Below, piece by piece: positions 1-8,310 of a DNA stretch of 12,014 nucleotides. Positions within the stretch are counted from its first letter, which is position 1. Each line of letters begins with the position of its first letter. A program made the translations under genes and the position numbers. Origin of the DNA: Archangium sp. (GTDB taxonomy: Bacteria > Myxococcota > Myxococcia > Myxococcales > Myxococcaceae); NCBI GenBank assembly GCA_031367385.1, contig JANLPS010000040.1, positions 1 to 12,014 on the forward strand, read 5' to 3'. The notes beneath the pieces are model-generated. The model had not been told where the DNA came from, did not search any database, and was given only the letters and a program-made list of their open reading frames with translations.

Positions 1-718
1 GGGCCGTCGCACCGGCTCATCGCAGAAGCAGATGCCGATCAGCGGAGACCCCTTCATCAAGCTCGACACCGACGGCAAGACCTCGATTCACCTCGAAGAC
101 GTGCGCGCGTGGATCACCAGCTTGCAGGTGCCCGGCGTGGCTGGTGATGCAGACCCGACCGTGTCAGCCGCCAATCGCATCGACGCCACCTTCGTCGAGT
201 TCGGGCTGCGAGACCTGTTGGGCCTGACCGAAGACGACTTCTATACCGCCGCGTACAGCTACGGCGTGCTCGCCCGCTATGAGCGCAGTGACGATTTCTA
301 TGATCTGCGTTCGCCCGACCGCGCGCCTGGCCAGTGGGCTCCGAAGGGCCGCTTCACCTCGCTCGGAGGCGCCGCCGCCAGCATCAGCGCCCACGTCGAC
401 TCGTCGATCTCGACCAATTTCGTGCAGACCCTGACGCCGCTCTCGCAAGCCTGGTGCGGCATGGCGATTCGCAAAGCGGGCAACAAGGCGTTGTTCACCA
501 CCGGCACCGCGATGACCGGCGGCAAAGACCTGCCCACGCTGCGCTCGCAGCTGGCCGACTGGCACGCCTTGTTCTTGTCCGAGGCTCCGACCGAAGCCGA
601 CCTCGATGACGAGGTGAACGGCGTGTTCTTGCCGCTCGAGGCGAAGTCAGGCACCCAAGTCGCGTGGATCGGCACCTGCTCGTACTTCGTGCGTCACCCG
701 TTGTTCGTTTTCTACTGA
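1..718 (+). CDS. 5'-truncated hypothetical protein; probable partner of the downstream DUF1501-like protein
   Basis: The frame of ORF 32..718 is open back to the window edge (ggc cgt cgc acc ggc tca tcg cag aag cag ATG), so the true start probably lies upstream. GC3-rich codon usage. The C-terminus AWIGTCSYFVRHPLFVFY resembles the 'W..C.....HP.F..Y' ends I recall in proteins encoded just before DUF1501 genes. The stop is 12 bp before the next ATG. Confidence 0.75.
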   Translation, partial: GRRTGSSQKQMPISGDPFIKLDTDGKTSIHLEDVRAWITSLQVPGVAGDADPTVSAANRIDATFVEFGLRDLLGLTEDDFYTAAYSYGVLARYERSDDFYDLRSPDRAPGQWAPKGRFTSLGGAAASISAHVDSSISTNFVQTLTPLSQAWCGMAIRKAGNKALFTTGTAMTGGKDLPTLRSQLADWHALFLSEAPTEADLDDEVNGVFLPLEAKSGTQVAWIGTCSYFVRHPLFVFY

Positions 719-730
719 GGCCAAAGACCG

Positions 731-2296
731 ATGCGCCCTTCACGACGTGACTTGTTGTTGGCCAGCCTCGGTGCAACCCAGCTCGGGTTGTTGTCGAAGT
801 ACAACCTGCTGCAAAGTGGCTCGGCCTACGCCGCGCCGCCCACTGACCGGCCGACCAAGCTGCTCACCATCTACATCCCCGGTGGCATTCACCACGAGTT
901 CATCTGGGGCCAGTTTCCCGACGACAAGTTGGGCTTGTTCATGCCAACGCCCGACAAGCTGCCGAACGTCTTCTACGACAAGTCGATGGTCTCGAACCTC
1001 GACGGCAGCGGCAACGCCGAGTCAGACGCTCCGATTCGCCGCCTGCGCTCGCACATCACGTGGAACCCGAACGACCCGACCGACCGCACCACCGTCGCAG
1101 AGCCGAACAACAAGGGGTACGCCTGGGCCGCACCGATGTACCGGTTGTTCGACAACGTGGCGGTGATTCTCGGAGTCGATCAAGGCACTGCGGCCCACGA
1201 GAGCGGCATCGTGGCCTCGATGTGCGGCATCGCTGGCGCGAACTACGTGGTGCCGTCGATCGCGGCGCGCATCGCGAACCATTACCTGAGCGCCTTTCCA
1301 GATCGCGCGGTTCCGAACGTGACCATTTTAGGCTCTCCACGCGCGCCCGCGGTGACGTTGCCGGCGGTCGTCGACGCAGCGACCGTGGCGTCGATTGGTG
1401 ATTTGCAGTTCGCCCTCTCAGACCGGCGCGGCAACTGGGACGGACTTCGCGAGCGCCGAATGGTGCCCAACGTCGGCTTCGATGGCACCGTGAACGGCCA
1501 GGCCGAGCTCACCATCGTCGAAGAGGCGGTGTTGAAGGCCGTGCGCGGGCGCAAGGGCCGCGTGAACGTGGCCACCGACAACGCTTTGGCGAAGCTCCAC
1601 GACACCTACGCCGGAGTCTCGAAGACCATCGCGCGCAACGTCGTCGACCTGCTCGAGAAGACCGTGGGCGTCGAGAAGCTGCCGACCGACATCCCCTGGT
1701 GCCCGGGGCGTGGCCGCTTCGGGTGGCAAATCGGGTACGCCGATTTTTATGCGAGCGACTCGACCTGGGCCAACGAGTTCGATTTGGCACTGCGGTTCTT
1801 GAAGAGCGACTTGGCGACCAGCGTGACGTTCAAGATGACTCCGACGTTCGGCTTCGATTCGCATTTCTCGAACCCGTACCCGGGCCACAGCATTCACCTG
1901 CGCGGCGCGATGGAGTCGATCGCCCGATTGATGATTGAAATGAAGCTGACGCCGTCGAAGAGCCGGCCAGACCGTTCGTTGCTCGACGAGACGTTGGTCT
2001 ACGTCACCAGCGACTTCGGTCGCTCGTTTCCCATCAGCGGGGGCTCTGACCACAACCCGATTCACGCCGCGGTGTTGGCGAACGGCATGATTCAAGGCAA
2101 CCGCATGGTGGGCGGCATCGCCGACAATGGCTTGGGCGCTCCGATGGCGATTACCGAAGAATCGGGCGAAAAGTCGATGCGGCCCCCGAGCGCGCGCGAC
2201 GTGGCGGCGACCATCAGCGCGGTGATGGGGCTCACCACCAAAGAGGCTTTCTTGCCCGGCGGGTACGGCGTCGCCGACGGCATCGTGAAGGGCTGA
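731..2296 (+). CDS. DUF1501-family Tat-exported protein (521 aa; possible alkaline-phosphatase/sulfatase-like metalloenzyme fold)
   Basis: Twin-arginine signal MRPSRRDLL, ending near AYA-A. Family-typical motifs: LLTIYIPGG, GVDQGTAAH, GFDSH, LLDETLVYVTSDFGRS, GSDH, GMIQGNRMVGG, DVAATI. GAGG lies about 10 nt upstream of the ATG. Confidence 0.85.
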   Translation: MRPSRRDLLLASLGATQLGLLSKYNLLQSGSAYAAPPTDRPTKLLTIYIPGGIHHEFIWGQFPDDKLGLFMPTPDKLPNVFYDKSMVSNLDGSGNAESDAPIRRLRSHITWNPNDPTDRTTVAEPNNKGYAWAAPMYRLFDNVAVILGVDQGTAAHESGIVASMCGIAGANYVVPSIAARIANHYLSAFPDRAVPNVTILGSPRAPAVTLPAVVDAATVASIGDLQFALSDRRGNWDGLRERRMVPNVGFDGTVNGQAELTIVEEAVLKAVRGRKGRVNVATDNALAKLHDTYAGVSKTIARNVVDLLEKTVGVEKLPTDIPWCPGRGRFGWQIGYADFYASDSTWANEFDLALRFLKSDLATSVTFKMTPTFGFDSHFSNPYPGHSIHLRGAMESIARLMIEMKLTPSKSRPDRSLLDETLVYVTSDFGRSFPISGGSDHNPIHAAVLANGMIQGNRMVGGIADNGLGAPMAITEESGEKSMRPPSARDVAATISAVMGLTTKEAFLPGGYGVADGIVKG

Positions 2297-2303
2297 GCGT
2301 CTC

Positions 2304-5300
2304 TTAGTCGCACTTACTGTGTCTGCCGGCGTGGCAGTAGTTGCACGTCGCGGGGTTGGTCATCGTCGGGCACCGGGCCGCGTGATCGAACTTCCACGCG
2401 GTGGTGTAGGCGGCGCCAGTGGTGACCAGGCCGTTGCCCGCCGGAGACGCGTGACATTGCGCGCAGTCGGTCGGGTAGAAGTGATTCGGGTTGGCGACGT
2501 TGTCTGAGTTGCCGCTGTACGTGACTCGAATGGTGCCCAAGGTGAACGCGCGATCGTCACCTGCGCCGGCGGCGAGCGTGGTCGCCTTGTTCCACGGAGT
2601 GCCGATGAGGTCAGAGCCCGCTTCGTGGCACGAAGAGCAGCTGGTTTTGATCAGCGGTGAGAGGTGGTCGTACCCGATGGCTCCTTTGCCGCCGCTCGCT
2701 TGGGCATGGCAGCTGGTGCAGGTGTTCGCGCCAATCGCCGGGTGCGGCAGGTTGGCGATGTTGGCCGCGATCGTCGTGGTGTTGGCCGCCGGAGGGCTCG
2801 GCACCATGAACCCACCGACCGAGATGTACGTCGGTACGCCGGTGGCGCCGAGCCAGTTGGGCGACGCGCTGGTGCCGGTGCCCGGGTAGACGTGGCACGG
2901 CGTGCAGTCTTTAGTACCAGAGACGTTGGTGAAGGTGCTGTGATCTTGCTTGGTGTAGGCGGGGCCCGGCTTGAGTGCGAGGTGGCAGTTGCTGCAGCGC
3001 GCGGTCGTCAGGTTGCTCACCATCGGTGACTGGGCGGTGAAGCTCGCGTGGAGCTTGGCGATCGACCATTCTTTGCCTGTCACGCCTGCGACCTTCGAGG
3101 GCCCGACCTGGGTGTGGCAGGCGTTGCAGTCACGGCTGGCCACGTTCAAATCGGTGTGGGTCAGTTGGTCGTGCGTGCCAGCGGGTATGCCAGTGGTCGG
3201 GGTCGCGCTCGCCGTGGTCAGGGTCGTCGAGTCGGTCAACCCCGCTGGGAGGTTGTTATTGGTGCCCGAGACCGAGCCGAGACCATTCGTGAGCCCATGG
3301 CACCCCTGGCACGTCGTGAGCCCGGGCGCGTTGGAGTGCAGGGGCGTCAAGGTGCTCCATGCTGCTCCACTCTTCTTGGCATCAGCCAGGTGACAGGCAG
3401 CGCAGTCTTTGCCGACGATCGAGGCCGCGGCGTGGCTGACGTACTGCGCTTGGTTGCTCGCGGTAGCGCCCTGGGTCAGCGTGTATTGCGTCGCGCTCGC
3501 AGTGGTCTTCGCGGGGTCTGAAGCCGAGTGACAGTCGAGACACTGGGCGGGTTGGGTGCCGAGCGAGGCGTGAAATTGGCCGGGCTTGAAGAGGGTCGCG
3601 CTGATCGGCGTGGTGGAGGCCTTCGCGAGGGCGGTGCTGTGGCAGGTATCGCAGCGTTGAAAGGTGAGCAGGCTCGAGCGGTGCGCCATCAGCGAGCCGG
3701 TGGCGTTCGGCAGATCTGACTTCGCTGGCTCGGCCATCAACGGGTAGTGGCAGCTCGTGCAATCGGCCGGCACCGCGGTGGCGATCTTCGAGTGAAACAC
3801 GCCGTTGCCCCACGTCGTGCCGGCCGCTGCGTGACAGATGGCGCAGTCGATGTCGGCGACTCCGCTGGCCGAGGCACCGGCGATCATCACCGGCGCGACG
3901 AACGTGGCCGCGTGGTCCATCGGCTGGAGCGATTGGGTGGCCACTCCGGCGTCTGACTTCTCGACGATGCCCGCGGGCCGCATCTGCTGATGGCAGTCGT
4001 TGCACTTGGCGGGCTGTGCGAAGGGCACCACCGGGCCGCCGAAGGTCGCTGAGTACGAGGTGAGCGCCGAGTGAAACTTGCCGCCTGAGTACTCGGTGAC
4101 CGTGCCGGCGGTGTTGGTGTGGCAGTGCCAGCAGGTCGCATTGTTCGGCATGTCCGTGGGCCCCGCGTTGAGCGCGGCGGGCACCTGCGCAGAGACGTGC
4201 AACATGCCGTTGTAATAGCGAATACCCGGGTTCACGGTGATGCCGGTCACCAGCATCGTGGTGCTCGAGCGGTTCAGCTTGAGCTCGTTCAGGTTGATGA
4301 ACTCGTCGACCGACGCCGCCAAGACGTCGCCGGGGTAGACGCCGGCATCGCGCCAGTCTCCACCAGGCAGCGTGCCAGACGCGTTGAAGTAGCTCGTGTA
4401 GCGGTTGGCCTTGGCGGTGGCCTGGTGGCAGGCGAAGCACTCGCCGCGGCCGTTGATGGCGTGATCGAAGCCGAGAAGGGCGGTTACTTGCGCGGGGCTC
4501 AGCTTCGGGGCCAGGGCGAGGTCTGGCCGCTGGGTGCTGTGGCACGAGACGCAGGCGTTGGCCGAGAGCGTGCCCGGGCCATGCACGAAGTTGCCGCCGA
4601 CCCAGGTCTTCACGTCACTGTGGCAGACGGCGCAGTCTTGGCTCGCGCCGTGGGTGATCGCTGCGCTGTTGGTGACCGCATCGAAGGGCTTGCTCTGCCA
4701 GGTGGCGCTCGCCCAGCTGGTGGTCGAGGTCGGTCGCTCTCCGTCATGGCAGGTGGCGCAGCTGGTCGGTGCGGTGACGGTCTTGTGAAAGGCCCCACCG
4801 GCCCACGAGGTGGTGCCGAGGTGGCAACTGGCACAGTCACCCAGTGTTTCGTCGGCCGTGTGATCGAACGCGACCCCGGCCGGGAGCTTCGCGGCCGGCG
4901 CGGTGAGCACGGAGGTTGGCCTCGAATTCGCGTGGCAGTCGAGGCACGAAGCGGGCTGAGCGGCGGCGAGGGCCGAGTGGTACCGCACCGTGCCCGCGTC
5001 AGCGGTGGTCGACCAGTCGGCGCCGACCGAGGGCGTCGCGTGACAGGTCGCGCAATCGGCCTTCAGCACGGGGGTCGTCGAGGCCGCGTTGTTGACCCAC
5101 TCCACCGCTTCGTGACGCATCTCAGGGCTGGGAGGCACCCGCACCGGCGCGGTCGCGAAGGCGCCGACGAAGCCCTTGGGCGCGGCGTTGACGTGGCAGT
5201 CGTTGCAGGTGGCGGGCTGGGGCAGCTTCAGCGCGTCGAGCGACGAGTGAAACACGCCAGGAAAGAACGCGCCCTGGGTGGCGTTCGGGTGGCAATTCGC

Positions 5301-5963
5301 GCAGGTGCTGAACGCCGCGGCGGCGACCGACGTCGTGGTGTGGCTCATCTCAGACGGCAGTTTCTGCACCTGCGGAGTGACCCGCGAAATCGAGGTGCCT
5401 ACGAAGCTCGGTGAATACGCGGTGACGCTGACGTCATTCGTGGCGTCGTGTGAAAGCCCGGCCGGCCCTCCGGCGAGCGCGTCTTTCCAGTCGTGCGTGT
5501 TGTGACAGGCGCTGCAGTCGGTCGCGCCAATTTCTCGATGGGTGAAGCCCGCTTTCGGCAGCGCCGCGAACGCCGCGCCCGCTTGGTGGCAGGTCGCGCA
5601 CCCACTCTCGATGCCCGCGTGATCGAAGGGCTCTTTGGCGCCGACGGGGTGGCACGAGTAGCAGGCCGCGCTGGTGTACCCGTAGTCGGCCACCGAGCGG
5701 TGCAGGGGGTCGGTCACCGCTTGCTCGTGCGCGTGGCAGCCCAGGCAGCTGAAGTCGGCGAAGCTCGCAGCGGTGGGCGAGTGACACGATTCGCAGCTGA
5801 TCGTCTCGCCGGCCGCGGTGACCTGACCCACCGCGTGAACGCCGTCAGCGAGTGGAAACCAGGTGTGGTTCTTGTTCGTCACGCCGGTGCTCGCGGGCGT
5901 GGGCCTCGGCGTGCACGCGCCGAGCAGCAAGATCACCCCCACTCGGAGAAGGCGCATGGTCAC
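2304..5963 (-). CDS. Giant multiheme c-type cytochrome lipoprotein (1219 aa, 29 CxxCH motifs)
   Basis: Manual count gives 29 CxxCH motifs (first CESCH, last CNYCH), nearly all preceded by a His that could act as distal ligand. Lipoprotein signal MRLLRVGVILLLGA-C17. Thr/Ala/Ser-rich, as in surface proteins. The start is GTG 5963 or ATG 5957. Confidence 0.93.
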   Translation of the reverse strand: MTMRLLRVGVILLLGACTPRPTPASTGVTNKNHTWFPLADGVHAVGQVTAAGETISCESCHSPTAASFADFSCLGCHAHEQAVTDPLHRSVADYGYTSAACYSCHPVGAKEPFDHAGIESGCATCHQAGAAFAALPKAGFTHREIGATDCSACHNTHDWKDALAGGPAGLSHDATNDVSVTAYSPSFVGTSISRVTPQVQKLPSEMSHTTTSVAAAAFSTCANCHPNATQGAFFPGVFHSSLDALKLPQPATCNDCHVNAAPKGFVGAFATAPVRVPPSPEMRHEAVEWVNNAASTTPVLKADCATCHATPSVGADWSTTADAGTVRYHSALAAAQPASCLDCHANSRPTSVLTAPAAKLPAGVAFDHTADETLGDCASCHLGTTSWAGGAFHKTVTAPTSCATCHDGERPTSTTSWASATWQSKPFDAVTNSAAITHGASQDCAVCHSDVKTWVGGNFVHGPGTLSANACVSCHSTQRPDLALAPKLSPAQVTALLGFDHAINGRGECFACHQATAKANRYTSYFNASGTLPGGDWRDAGVYPGDVLAASVDEFINLNELKLNRSSTTMLVTGITVNPGIRYYNGMLHVSAQVPAALNAGPTDMPNNATCWHCHTNTAGTVTEYSGGKFHSALTSYSATFGGPVVPFAQPAKCNDCHQQMRPAGIVEKSDAGVATQSLQPMDHAATFVAPVMIAGASASGVADIDCAICHAAAGTTWGNGVFHSKIATAVPADCTSCHYPLMAEPAKSDLPNATGSLMAHRSSLLTFQRCDTCHSTALAKASTTPISATLFKPGQFHASLGTQPAQCLDCHSASDPAKTTASATQYTLTQGATASNQAQYVSHAAASIVGKDCAACHLADAKKSGAAWSTLTPLHSNAPGLTTCQGCHGLTNGLGSVSGTNNNLPAGLTDSTTLTTASATPTTGIPAGTHDQLTHTDLNVASRDCNACHTQVGPSKVAGVTGKEWSIAKLHASFTAQSPMVSNLTTARCSNCHLALKPGPAYTKQDHSTFTNVSGTKDCTPCHVYPGTGTSASPNWLGATGVPTYISVGGFMVPSPPAANTTTIAANIANLPHPAIGANTCTSCHAQASGGKGAIGYDHLSPLIKTSCSSCHEAGSDLIGTPWNKATTLAAGAGDDRAFTLGTIRVTYSGNSDNVANPNHFYPTDCAQCHASPAGNGLVTTGAAYTTAWKFDHAARCPTMTNPATCNYCHAGRHSKCD

Positions 5964-5971
5964 CAGAAGAG

Positions 5972-6002
5972 GAGTGGCCCACCACAGCCGCCAGCAGGCA
6001 GC
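5972..6002 (-). promoter_or_regulatory. Candidate ECF-sigma promoter (GCTGCCTG-N16-GCCACTC) upstream of the 29-heme cytochrome
   Basis: The minus strand reads GCTGCCTG ctggcggctgtggtgg GCCACTC and ends 8 nt before GTG 5963. The same two boxes with the same 16-nt spacer occur upstream of the sigma gene (8311-8341). Confidence 0.65.
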
Positions 6003-6011
6003 CGCCTCGAA

Positions 6012-6587
6012 TCAATGCGAGGCGACACAAACCCCGCGAAGACAGGCATCTTCGCCGTCGCAATCGGCGTTGACCAGGCATCGCACGCAGGTGCCGGTGC
6101 TGTGTTCGCATCTGGGCTGACCACCGCCACAGTGGGTGTCGAGCACACATGCGACGCATGCGCCGATGGTGAGATCGCAGTGCCGCCCGGTGCAATCGTT
6201 GTCACCTTCGCAGACCGAGCACACCGATCGCACGCACCCGTGCCGAGACCCGGGGCATTGCGAATCTTCGCTGCAAGTCTTCGCGCAGGCCTCGGTTGCC
6301 AGAACGCACGATTGGGGAGCGCTGCACCCCAGCGAGGCGCCGCAGGGCACGCAGCGGCTGGTGAGGGTGTCGCAGGCAGGCGTCAGCGCGCCGCAGTCGG
6401 TGTCGGCTCGGCACTCGACGCACGAGCCGGTGGCGTTGTCGCACACGAGCGGTGACGCGCATGGGGCGCTGCTCGAGCACCGCCAACCGCCTCCGTCTTG
6501 GAGCGCACCGCCATCGCCCAGCTTTTCGAAGTCGATTCTCAGCGTGTTGCACGACGTGAGCAGCACCAGCCAAACCAGGAGTCTCAT
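6012..6587 (-). CDS. Cysteine-rich repeat lipoprotein (191 aa, myxobacterial-type 4-Cys repeats)
   Basis: Lipobox LLTS-C13, then a DGG linker, then 28 Cys arranged as 7 tandem units of roughly C-x5-C-x4-6-C-x4-6-C (e.g. CRADTDC, CSEDSQC, CEGDNDC, CVLDTHC, CLVNADC). ATGA overlap with the upstream gene at 6584-6587. Confidence 0.85.
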   Translation of the reverse strand: MRLLVWLVLLTSCNTLRIDFEKLGDGGALQDGGGWRCSSSAPCASPLVCDNATGSCVECRADTDCGALTPACDTLTSRCVPCGASLGCSAPQSCVLATEACAKTCSEDSQCPGSRHGCVRSVCSVCEGDNDCTGRHCDLTIGACVACVLDTHCGGGQPRCEHSTGTCVRCLVNADCDGEDACLRGVCVASH

Positions 6588-7666
6588 GGGGTCTCGAGCA
6601 CCGCGCGTTCAGCTTCGGCGCGGCCGACTCCTCGGGGAAATTGGTTCAAGTATTGAGTGGCCGCGGCGCGGGCCGCTTCAGGTGCGCGTGGCTCGAGCCA
6701 CCGAATTTTTTGGAGCAAGGCGGTCTCGGCGAGCGACCCGCTCGGGTACTCCCGAAGCAGCTGGTCGAGCCGGGTGATGGCCTCTGCGAAGCGGCCTGCC
6801 TGTTGGGCCGACTGGGCCTGGCTGTAGAGCTCGTTCTGGCGGCTCAGCGGGTCGACTGGCGTCGGCTCGACGACCGGGGGCGGTGCCGGCGGCGCTTCGA
6901 CTCGGCCCGTGCCGCGCGCTGGCGTTACCTTCTTCACGGGCGCCACCACGGGCGCTGGCGTGGGAGGCGGTGTGTGTGGCTCGGCGCACTGCTCAGCAGA
7001 AGGCCAGCGCTCATCACCATGCAGCGTGACGGAGCCGGCCTGCGTCGCGATGGTCACCTCTCCTGAGACGACTCGTACTTCGGTTTGGCCGCGGCACCCG
7101 GCAGCAGGTGAGAGCCAGAACTCGCCCTTGTTCGAAGTGACCAAGACGTCGCTCGTCTCGAGGCTCAAGGGCGCAGCATCGACGGTCACCTCTGCGAGCA
7201 CTGCGCCGCGCAGCACCCGCACCAGGGCTGGCCCGGCGCCGCGTTCAACCTCAGACGATGGCTGCACATGCAGCGAAGCCCTCGCCACCAACACCTGCAC
7301 GGTGCCATTCGAGCCGGTCTTCAGGCGAGTGCCCGAGGGCCACGACGCGCCCGCGATTGGAGACTCAGCGGCGCCTCGAACCGACACGATGCCGTCGTTG
7401 AGCGGCTGCACGGCGGCGATGGGCTCGAGCACGGTGGGGGTGGGGCGTTGACGAAGCCCGGTGGTCAACGCGACGCCGGCCATGGCGATCAACACCGCGG
7501 CGGCGGCGACCCAGATCTGCCGGGGTACTGCCCGTCGAGCAGGCACGGTGGCGCGCTCCATCGCGGTGATGGTGGCGAGCCTCGCCTTGGGCGTATCGGG
7601 CAGCGGCTGCACCGCCTCGAAGGCCTCGCGCAAAAGCGCAGCGGCTCGCTCTTCACCGGGGCTCAT
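6584..7666 (-). CDS. FecR-like transmembrane anti-sigma factor with Pro-rich linker and C-terminal TPR domain (360 aa)
   Basis: Short cytoplasmic N-terminus, then a TM helix (IWVAAAAVLIAMAGVAL). FecR-like beta region (GTRLKTG, VRVLRGAVLAEV, TEVRVVSGEVTI). Pro-rich linker. TPR-like end (LDQLLREYPSGSLAETA, YLNQFPRG). ATGA-coupled to the ECF sigma gene at 7663-7666. Confidence 0.85.
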   Translation of the reverse strand: MSPGEERAAALLREAFEAVQPLPDTPKARLATITAMERATVPARRAVPRQIWVAAAAVLIAMAGVALTTGLRQRPTPTVLEPIAAVQPLNDGIVSVRGAAESPIAGASWPSGTRLKTGSNGTVQVLVARASLHVQPSSEVERGAGPALVRVLRGAVLAEVTVDAAPLSLETSDVLVTSNKGEFWLSPAAGCRGQTEVRVVSGEVTIATQAGSVTLHGDERWPSAEQCAEPHTPPPTPAPVVAPVKKVTPARGTGRVEAPPAPPPVVEPTPVDPLSRQNELYSQAQSAQQAGRFAEAITRLDQLLREYPSGSLAETALLQKIRWLEPRAPEAARAAATQYLNQFPRGVGRAEAERAVLETP

Positions 7667-8301
7667 TGCAGTCGCTCCGAGAGCAAAGCGGTGAGCTCGA
7701 CGTCTTTCTCGATTCGGGCCCGCACCTCGCCCCGCCCGCGCACCAACCGGGTCTGCGCGTTGGCGACGGTGATGCCGAGAATCTCAGCGATTTCTTTCAG
7801 CTCGAAGCCGTGCACGTCATGCAGCAGGTAGACCTCGGCGTGCTTGCCATTGACGTGCTCGAGGTGGGCCAGCACCCGCTCCACGGCTTCCCGGTGCACG
7901 GTCGTGGTGAGCGGCCCCGCCGCCGGAGTGGCCGGGTCGGGCGCGGTTTGCTCGAACGGAGACGCAGCGAAGCGGCGCTCGAGCTTGTCGCGGCGCATGC
8001 GCTGGTAGGCGGTTCGCGCGGCGATGGTGGCGGCCCAGGCATCGAGGCTGCGAATCGCGGGGCGGGCTTTGAGCGAAACCAGCAGCTCGACGAAGGTCTG
8101 CTGCACCAGATCTTCGTGGTCTGCGCCTCGCGCAGTGAGGCGCCGAATGGTCTTGCTGATCAGCGGGCGCAGACGGTCGTAGAGCGCGAGCGCGCTGCTG
8201 GCTTCACCCCGAGCGACCGCGTCGATGAGCGACTGGTCGTTCATCACCTCTCCGACCAGGCGGAGGGGTGCTCGAATGGCGGCGGTGCACAGCAGCAGCA
8301 T
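7663..8301 (-). CDS. ECF-family sigma-70 RNA polymerase sigma factor
   Basis: Region 2 (DHEDLVQQTF, DAWAATIAARTA) and region 4 (VYLLHDVHGFELKEIAEILGITVANAQTRLVRGR). The start is uncertain. ATG 8301 is preferred because GTG 8319 lies inside the putative promoter. ATG 8244 (preceded by GGAGAGGTG) is an alternative. Confidence 0.93.
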   Translation of the reverse strand: MLLLCTAAIRAPLRLVGEVMNDQSLIDAVARGEASSALALYDRLRPLISKTIRRLTARGADHEDLVQQTFVELLVSLKARPAIRSLDAWAATIAARTAYQRMRRDKLERRFAASPFEQTAPDPATPAAGPLTTTVHREAVERVLAHLEHVNGKHAEVYLLHDVHGFELKEIAEILGITVANAQTRLVRGRGEVRARIEKDVELTALLSERLQ

Positions 8302-8310
8302 CAACCACTC

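Noticed and set aside
2297..2303. Bidirectional rho-independent terminator between the convergent genes
   Set aside because: Only 7 bp are intergenic, and I saw no convincing hairpin with a U-tract.
2304..5963. Recurring GTGGCAG/GTGACA DNA words as a CRISPR-like or tandem repeat array
   Set aside because: They are the reverse complement of Cys-His codons in CxxCH motifs, irregularly spaced and fully explained by the protein.
5985..6006. Direct repeat CAGCCGCC (5985-5992 and 5999-6006)
   Set aside because: Short GC-rich repeat expected by chance at this composition, and not shared with the second promoter copy.
3382..6455. Long alternative ORFs (3382..4545 -, 4119..5414 +, 5493..6455 +) and similar ones elsewhere (8268..9146 +, 7666..8352 +)
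   Set aside because: Typical high-GC shadow ORFs overlapping well-supported genes. They are Arg/Gly/Ala-rich with no recognisable motifs.
6012..6587. CxxC pairs (CVEC, CVPC, CSVC, CVAC, CVRC) as heme, Fe-S or thioredoxin sites
   Set aside because: None is followed by His. They are junctions between 4-Cys repeats in an exported lipoprotein, which fits disulfides.
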